A DNA stretch of 64,000 nt, from positions 6,725 to 70,724 of the forward strand of contig JACRMP010000005.1 in assembly GCA_016214885.1 (NCBI GenBank). Direction: 5' to 3'. The DNA is from Candidatus Gottesmanbacteria bacterium (lineage in GTDB: Bacteria; Patescibacteriota; Microgenomatia; UBA10105; UBA927). Shown here piece by piece: positions 59,475 to 64,000 of the stretch. The notes under the pieces were generated by a model. It was not told the origin of the DNA, made no database searches, and saw only the letters and a program-made list of their open reading frames with translations. The number at the start of each line of letters is the position of its first letter. The first letter of the stretch is position 1. The translations under genes were made by a program, and so were the position numbers.

Positions 59475-59705
59475 AGGTAGAGACTATTGTATCAGTAACA
59501 AACCTATGAGTTTTTTTATTGGTCAGGAAAGCTAGGGTGCGTGCTTAAAAATCTGAAATCTCAGCAAACCCAGCATCTTATTGTCCCTTTTTTATCGTGT
59601 AAGAAAACCTTAGTAAACCTTAGGATTTTTGTGCCTAAGCATCTAAAAAATCTTGTCAAATCTTGACATGCACTATTGCCTTTTTTATCGTGTCAAAAAA
59701 GTCAC

Positions 59706-59915
59706 TTAGAGAAGGTCTTTTGGGGACACTTTGAGAGCCTTAGCTATTCCGTGGATGGTATCTATAGAAACATTTTGTTCCGCTCTTTCAATTGCTCCAA
59801 TATAAGTCCTATGGACACCTGCGCGAAATCCAAGCTCCTCTTGCGATATGCCGAGCTTCTTCCTGAGCTTCCTGATACGTTCTCCTAGTTGCTTTCGAGT
59901 TGGTGTAGCTTTCAT
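59706..59915 (-). CDS. XRE-family helix-turn-helix transcriptional regulator (69 aa)
   Basis: LGERIRKLRKKLGISQEELGFRAGVHRTYIGAIERAEQNVSIDTIHGIAKAL, a classic Cro/C1-type HTH. Confidence 0.85.
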   Translation of the reverse strand: MKATPTRKQLGERIRKLRKKLGISQEELGFRAGVHRTYIGAIERAEQNVSIDTIHGIAKALKVSPKDLL

Positions 59916-60266
59916 CTACACCGAATCGTATTCAAATGAAGTCAATGACTCTACAGACAATAACTAGCATTTTAGCCTTATTTGTGATATGAAATTAGTT
60001 ATGAAGAACTTTCCGGATGTAGGCTCGCTCATAATCCTTACTTTAGTCTTTTGGCTTATTTTTTACTTCACCCACCTATTTTTACTAAGAATTGGTGGGC
60101 GTGGCTGGGAAGAGCTCGCTTATTCGTTGATTGCTGCCTGCGCAGCGCTCTGCTGGCCTCGTGCAAAAGAATAGATTTTGGTTGTTAGATAAGCCATGCT
60201 GAGACTTCGAGCAATATTTTTGATAGAATTGCGCCATACAACAACTCCCTTAGTCAAACACGTTTT

Positions 60267-62756
60267 ATGTCAAATAAAGGGTCACCAGTGTACTACAGCA
60301 TCAATGCCTCCGTTCGAACTCCGAAGGTAGCAATTCTTGTTTTTACAGAAGACCCATATTGGAAAGACACCATCTTACGTATTACAGAATGGTGTACTGG
60401 GGTTTGGGGCGGTGCGTACAACATTGTAATTCCCACAAATGGCAAATCCATCGATGAAAAATTTTGGAAAATACTTGAAAAATACGGCACTGATTATATT
60501 TTTGCCTATCGCACATCAATAGCAGATATCAAAAAATCCAACCCAAAAAAGTATGAAGAAATAGTAAAAAGGGAGAGTGACAGGCTTACGAAGCAGTTTC
60601 CTGACATGGGTCAAGCGCAAATTGATGAGTTTATTGAAAGAGAAGTTGAAATGTCTCCGCGACTACCGTCAGAGGTAAGCGAAGAACTATCCCAAGAGCT
60701 AAAACATCGGCTGTCTCCATTTTATTTTGAAGACCATATAGTACAAGAAAAAGTATCAAATAAAGCATACGTTCCTTTTCCTTTGACTGACATAACCAAA
60801 ATCATCAACCACACAGATGTGGTGAGAGTTGTGGTGCCAGAGTATTCGGGGAATAAAGATATTGAGCTACTCATCTATTCTGTGTTTGGCAAACCACCTG
60901 ACGCCTATGAGGAAACTCTCAAAAAAAATGGTATTCAGATTGAACACATGTCTCCTGAAATACCAGTCGAAGAACTTGTCGATATTTCTATAACACGCAA
61001 AGTGGATTTGGCAGACTATAGATTCAGAGAAGAACTTAGGAAAGAACTCCGTTCAAAAGGTAAAAAGCCTAAGTATCCATCTGAGGATTTTTTTGGCATC
61101 TCGCCGTCTGCAACCTCAATGCTCAAGCTTGGATACTATACCCTAAGGGACGATAGGAGTGACCTTGATGATGAAACAGTGTTATTGATTGTTGGTGACA
61201 CGATAGAAGATTTTTGTTTATATTTGAGCGTTTCAAAGTTGAACAAAAACGTTCATTGGATTCCCGTCAAATTTCTTATTGAAGCGAACGCGGCAATCAC
61301 AAAGAAAAAATTTGATAAAACAGAAGTGAGTATTGCATCAACGATTGCACATGCAGTATATGGAAAAATCAGATACGGAACATCACAAGGTAAAATACAC
61401 CTTTATAGTAATTCTTGTGACAGGACGCAGCTCGACGCCTATAAGGACATACTGGCGCACCTAATAGATGACAGCAGTCGCCACCAGATAGCAGTTGATT
61501 CAATTTTGATATGTGAGAATCTAGACGAACACCTGAAAGAGATACTTCACGTTATAGAAGAAAATAATTACGTAAACCAGCACACAGAAACTTTTGTGGA
61601 AGGTAAAAGTGTTGGCACAATCCCTACGCCTAAGCCAAAGAATTTCAAATTTGTGCATCCTGCAGAGCATCGCTGGATAACAGAGTTGACCATAGATGGA
61701 TACACTCCGCCACCCTTAGCCCTTCTGGGCGAAAGCATTATTATCACAGGAGTACAAACACATCCAACGCGTATTTCTCGGTATGGACTGTGCTACGTTT
61801 CCCCGAGCATAGGCTATTTTGGGGGAGATATTGACACGAACACCTTGCGACCAAAATTACAAATTGTTGAACCATTCAATATTTTCAAAGAGTATATCAA
61901 AGAGGCAGGATATGACGATTTGGTGATATCAGACAAAGGAGGCTATTCTTCTATCTCAACAGAAAAATTTGGCTCGCTCGATACAATAGGCGCTTTCCTT
62001 GCAGAGGAGAAAAATAGAAACCTTCTGGATAAGTTTAGGAATTCACCTTCAAATACTTCGGAGGGTGGGGAAATTATTGAACTGAACGGTAGAAATTATA
62101 TTGATTTTACCGCTATCGAGAAGACGCTTGGAACGAGAAGGGAGGCAATTGAAATTGTAGACGATTTTTTTGTAAAAGGGATATTTTATAGAGGCGTGCC
62201 TCTTCAGTGTAACGACTGTCGCAATTCGGAGTGGTACGCGTTGGACGAAATGGAGGCGAGTTTTATCTGCAAACGATGCGGCAGTAAGCAACTTATCAAA
62301 CATCGAAATTTACACGGGGCAAAAGAGCCACAGTGGTTTTATAAACTCGATGAGGTTGTTTATCAAGGTGTGGTTAGTAATATGCACGTGCCGCTTCTAA
62401 CGCTCTATCGTCTGAAAAAAAATTCAAAGAGTTTTCTTTATATCCCAGAATCAGATGTAATAAAAGGCGATGATAAAATTGAATTGGATGTATGCTGCAT
62501 TGTAGATGGAAGGATTATTATTGGTGAAGCCAAAAAGGATGCCATTAGGCAACGCGATATAACGAAATATTCTGATATCGCGAAAACACTCAAGAGATAT
62601 CCTGATGAGGTCATTTTTTCAACTTTTGCAGAGGACTGGTCAGAGCCAGTAAAGGCTTACATACAGCAAAATGTAAAAAACTCAAGCATCCTTGTTCGGA
62701 AAGACCTAGTTGTTGTGCCGCCCACTCAACCATCTGCAGCAGATACTGCTGTGTGA
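60267..62756 (+). CDS. large hypothetical protein (829 aa) with C-terminal CxxC...CxxC Zn-ribbon followed by a PD-(D/E)xK-like motif. Candidate effector of an island-borne defence/exclusion module.
   Basis: No P-loop. CNDCRNSEWY...CKRCGSK Zn-ribbon at ~aa 640-665, then ELDVCCIVDGRIIIGEAKK (D...ExK spacing typical of the restriction-endonuclease fold). Very AT-rich codon usage. Confidence 0.5.
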   Translation: MSNKGSPVYYSINASVRTPKVAILVFTEDPYWKDTILRITEWCTGVWGGAYNIVIPTNGKSIDEKFWKILEKYGTDYIFAYRTSIADIKKSNPKKYEEIVKRESDRLTKQFPDMGQAQIDEFIEREVEMSPRLPSEVSEELSQELKHRLSPFYFEDHIVQEKVSNKAYVPFPLTDITKIINHTDVVRVVVPEYSGNKDIELLIYSVFGKPPDAYEETLKKNGIQIEHMSPEIPVEELVDISITRKVDLADYRFREELRKELRSKGKKPKYPSEDFFGISPSATSMLKLGYYTLRDDRSDLDDETVLLIVGDTIEDFCLYLSVSKLNKNVHWIPVKFLIEANAAITKKKFDKTEVSIASTIAHAVYGKIRYGTSQGKIHLYSNSCDRTQLDAYKDILAHLIDDSSRHQIAVDSILICENLDEHLKEILHVIEENNYVNQHTETFVEGKSVGTIPTPKPKNFKFVHPAEHRWITELTIDGYTPPPLALLGESIIITGVQTHPTRISRYGLCYVSPSIGYFGGDIDTNTLRPKLQIVEPFNIFKEYIKEAGYDDLVISDKGGYSSISTEKFGSLDTIGAFLAEEKNRNLLDKFRNSPSNTSEGGEIIELNGRNYIDFTAIEKTLGTRREAIEIVDDFFVKGIFYRGVPLQCNDCRNSEWYALDEMEASFICKRCGSKQLIKHRNLHGAKEPQWFYKLDEVVYQGVVSNMHVPLLTLYRLKKNSKSFLYIPESDVIKGDDKIELDVCCIVDGRIIIGEAKKDAIRQRDITKYSDIAKTLKRYPDEVIFSTFAEDWSEPVKAYIQQNVKNSSILVRKDLVVVPPTQPSAADTAV

Positions 62757-62765
62757 AAAAATTAT

Positions 62766-63254
62766 ATGAATGCGCAAGAGTTTATTACGAAGTGGCGATG
62801 GCCAAAAGACCCAGATGGAACTCCTATGGTCGGCATTGTGGTTGTTTGGGACAAAATTCCCCTAGATAGCAAAATAATCACTTATTCTGGAGAAGAGGCA
62901 TGGAGTAAGATTTTAGCTTACGCGCCCCCGTGGCATAACGAAGGAGTAGTAAAACCTTTTAGTCAATGGATTGGAAGTAAAGGATTTTCTGACGAAGTGG
63001 AAAGCGAAAGGAAAGCAGGAAAACTCGATTACTACAATAATCATGGTTTGGAATATCCTTTCTTTTGTGTTTTTGCGACCAAAGACGGTTCTAAAGGAAT
63101 AATCGGTGATGGCAATCATCGGTTTGTGAACTGTAAATCTTTACAAGATAATGGAAAAGACCTGAGCACGGATATAGCTAGATGCACACTAGAAGTAATA
63201 TGTCTCGATAATTTGTCAGAAGTTATTCAGGACGCAGTTTTTCCTAATTACTAA
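62766..63254 (+). CDS. hypothetical protein (162 aa) with DGQHR/ParB-Srx-like motif (IIGDGNHRF)
   Basis: GDGNHR resembles the DGQHR (DndB) / ParB-N nuclease-fold signature. Starts 10 nt after the 829-aa gene, so probably co-transcribed. Confidence 0.4.
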   Translation: MNAQEFITKWRWPKDPDGTPMVGIVVVWDKIPLDSKIITYSGEEAWSKILAYAPPWHNEGVVKPFSQWIGSKGFSDEVESERKAGKLDYYNNHGLEYPFFCVFATKDGSKGIIGDGNHRFVNCKSLQDNGKDLSTDIARCTLEVICLDNLSEVIQDAVFPNY

Positions 63255-63274
63255 AGCGAATTGCATCGCCTAGA

Positions 63275-63703
63275 TTACTCACAGTAGTAAAAAACTCCTC
63301 CGTAACTGATTTGTGTGCGAATATCAAAGCTATCATACTCTTCAACACATTCTCTAAATTTCTGATATCGGTCTTCCGCGTTTGCATAGTCGTAGTACCA
63401 TTCTTCAGCAGTTTGACCGTTATATTTGCCCAAGCTACCTACTGCGCCTAAGCCTTTGCTTCCAAGCCAAACCACAATTCCAATGGCTAATAAGGCCAAG
63501 CCAAGGTATAAAAGCGAAGAGAGGGTAGATTTGAACCAATTTCGTATCTGATTATTTGGAATGGTAATTAGAGCAAAAATCAGAAACATTACGCCGCCCA
63601 AATACCAGAAGATTTTGTAATAAAAGGCTGCTACTGCTAGAACGGAAAAGACCAAGAAATTTCCCCAAGTTGGCGCGAAGTCTTTATCCTCTTTTTGTTC
63701 CAT
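63275..63703 (-). CDS. hypothetical membrane protein (3-4 TM helices)
   Basis: ORF with hydrophobic helices, convergent with the cargo pair. Confidence 0.4.
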   Translation of the reverse strand: MEQKEDKDFAPTWGNFLVFSVLAVAAFYYKIFWYLGGVMFLIFALITIPNNQIRNWFKSTLSSLLYLGLALLAIGIVVWLGSKGLGAVGSLGKYNGQTAEEWYYDYANAEDRYQKFRECVEEYDSFDIRTQISYGGVFYYCE

Positions 63704-63901
63704 ATAGTTTCTTGGTCAGTCAAAAAGATTATATCAACAAACATGACTTTTGTACTAAAAGACGCTAGACTAAATAGGTTCTGAGGTCGCCCATCAGGTG
63801 GAGCAAGTACAAAAATGAGGCGCGATGCCTCTTTTTTGTACTCTTATTTCTGTCATAGACTTTAATTATTGTGAATCGGCGACGTTCTTGTTAAATTGAG
63901 T

Positions 63902-64000
63902 TATGATCAAAAAATCTTTAGTTGCATTGTTTATTTTAACTTTACTTGTCGTACCTAAGGTGCAAGCAGAAGGCGGAAGTCCAATTGTGGCACTGAGAAC
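63902..64000 (+). CDS. secreted protein, N-terminal fragment (signal peptide MIKKSLVALFILTLLVVPKVQA), continues beyond the window
   Basis: ATG at ~63902 followed by a hydrophobic h-region and an AxA cleavage-like site. Truncated by the window end. Confidence 0.35.

Larger units (their letters stand above)
56130..64000. mobile_element. putative integrated mobile element / phage-satellite-like genomic island at tRNA-Asn, right boundary beyond the window
   Basis: GC drops from ~50% to ~38% starting inside the recombinase gene. The tRNA-adjacent serine recombinase, RHH, TerS, REC, XRE, cargo genes and repeated operator-like motifs all fall within this region. Confidence 0.65.

Overview
The window holds about 56 kb of compact bacterial chromosome (~50% GC) followed by an AT-rich island (~38% GC) of at least 8 kb that runs off the 3' end. 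The gene content of the host part suggests a CPR/Patescibacteria-like organism, but this is unconfirmed. The host part encodes: a UvrD/PcrA helicase (partial), RmuC, MetRS and TatD; a cluster of membrane glycosyltransferases (GT2 QxxRW, two ArnT/PMT-like enzymes, a WecA/MraY-like GT4 and a UbiA-family DPPR-synthase-like gene); NUDIX hydrolases; a PEGA protein and an M23 peptidase; groES-groEL with a CIRCE-like operator; a solute-binding protein, VanW, TsaD and IDI; a VirD4/TraG-like ATPase; a B12 adenosyltransferase with class II RNR (nrdJ) and nrdR; an aldehyde dehydrogenase, a PP2C phosphatase and SodA; two tandem class A PBPs; and an RRM protein. The island begins at a tRNA-Asn gene whose 3' region overlaps the end of a large serine recombinase gene. 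It carries an RHH gene, a standalone phage small-terminase (TerS) gene, a REC-domain gene, an XRE regulator, repeated operator-like motifs and a structured non-coding region. Its cargo is an 829-aa protein with a Zn-ribbon and a PD-(D/E)xK-like motif, followed by a 162-aa protein with a DGQHR/ParB-like motif. This architecture resembles a phage-satellite (PICI-like) island with a candidate defence module, and it is the strongest candidate here for an undescribed system. Other notable items: GroES with a 5-Cys insertion in the roof loop; a tRNA-Ile(UAU)-like gene with an adjacent degenerate 3'-half duplicate next to a GIY-YIG gene; and an AT-rich singleton gene with an Rx4H (HEPN-like) motif. 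Coordinates taken from line counting may be off by 1-2 nt; CDS coordinates follow the ORF track.
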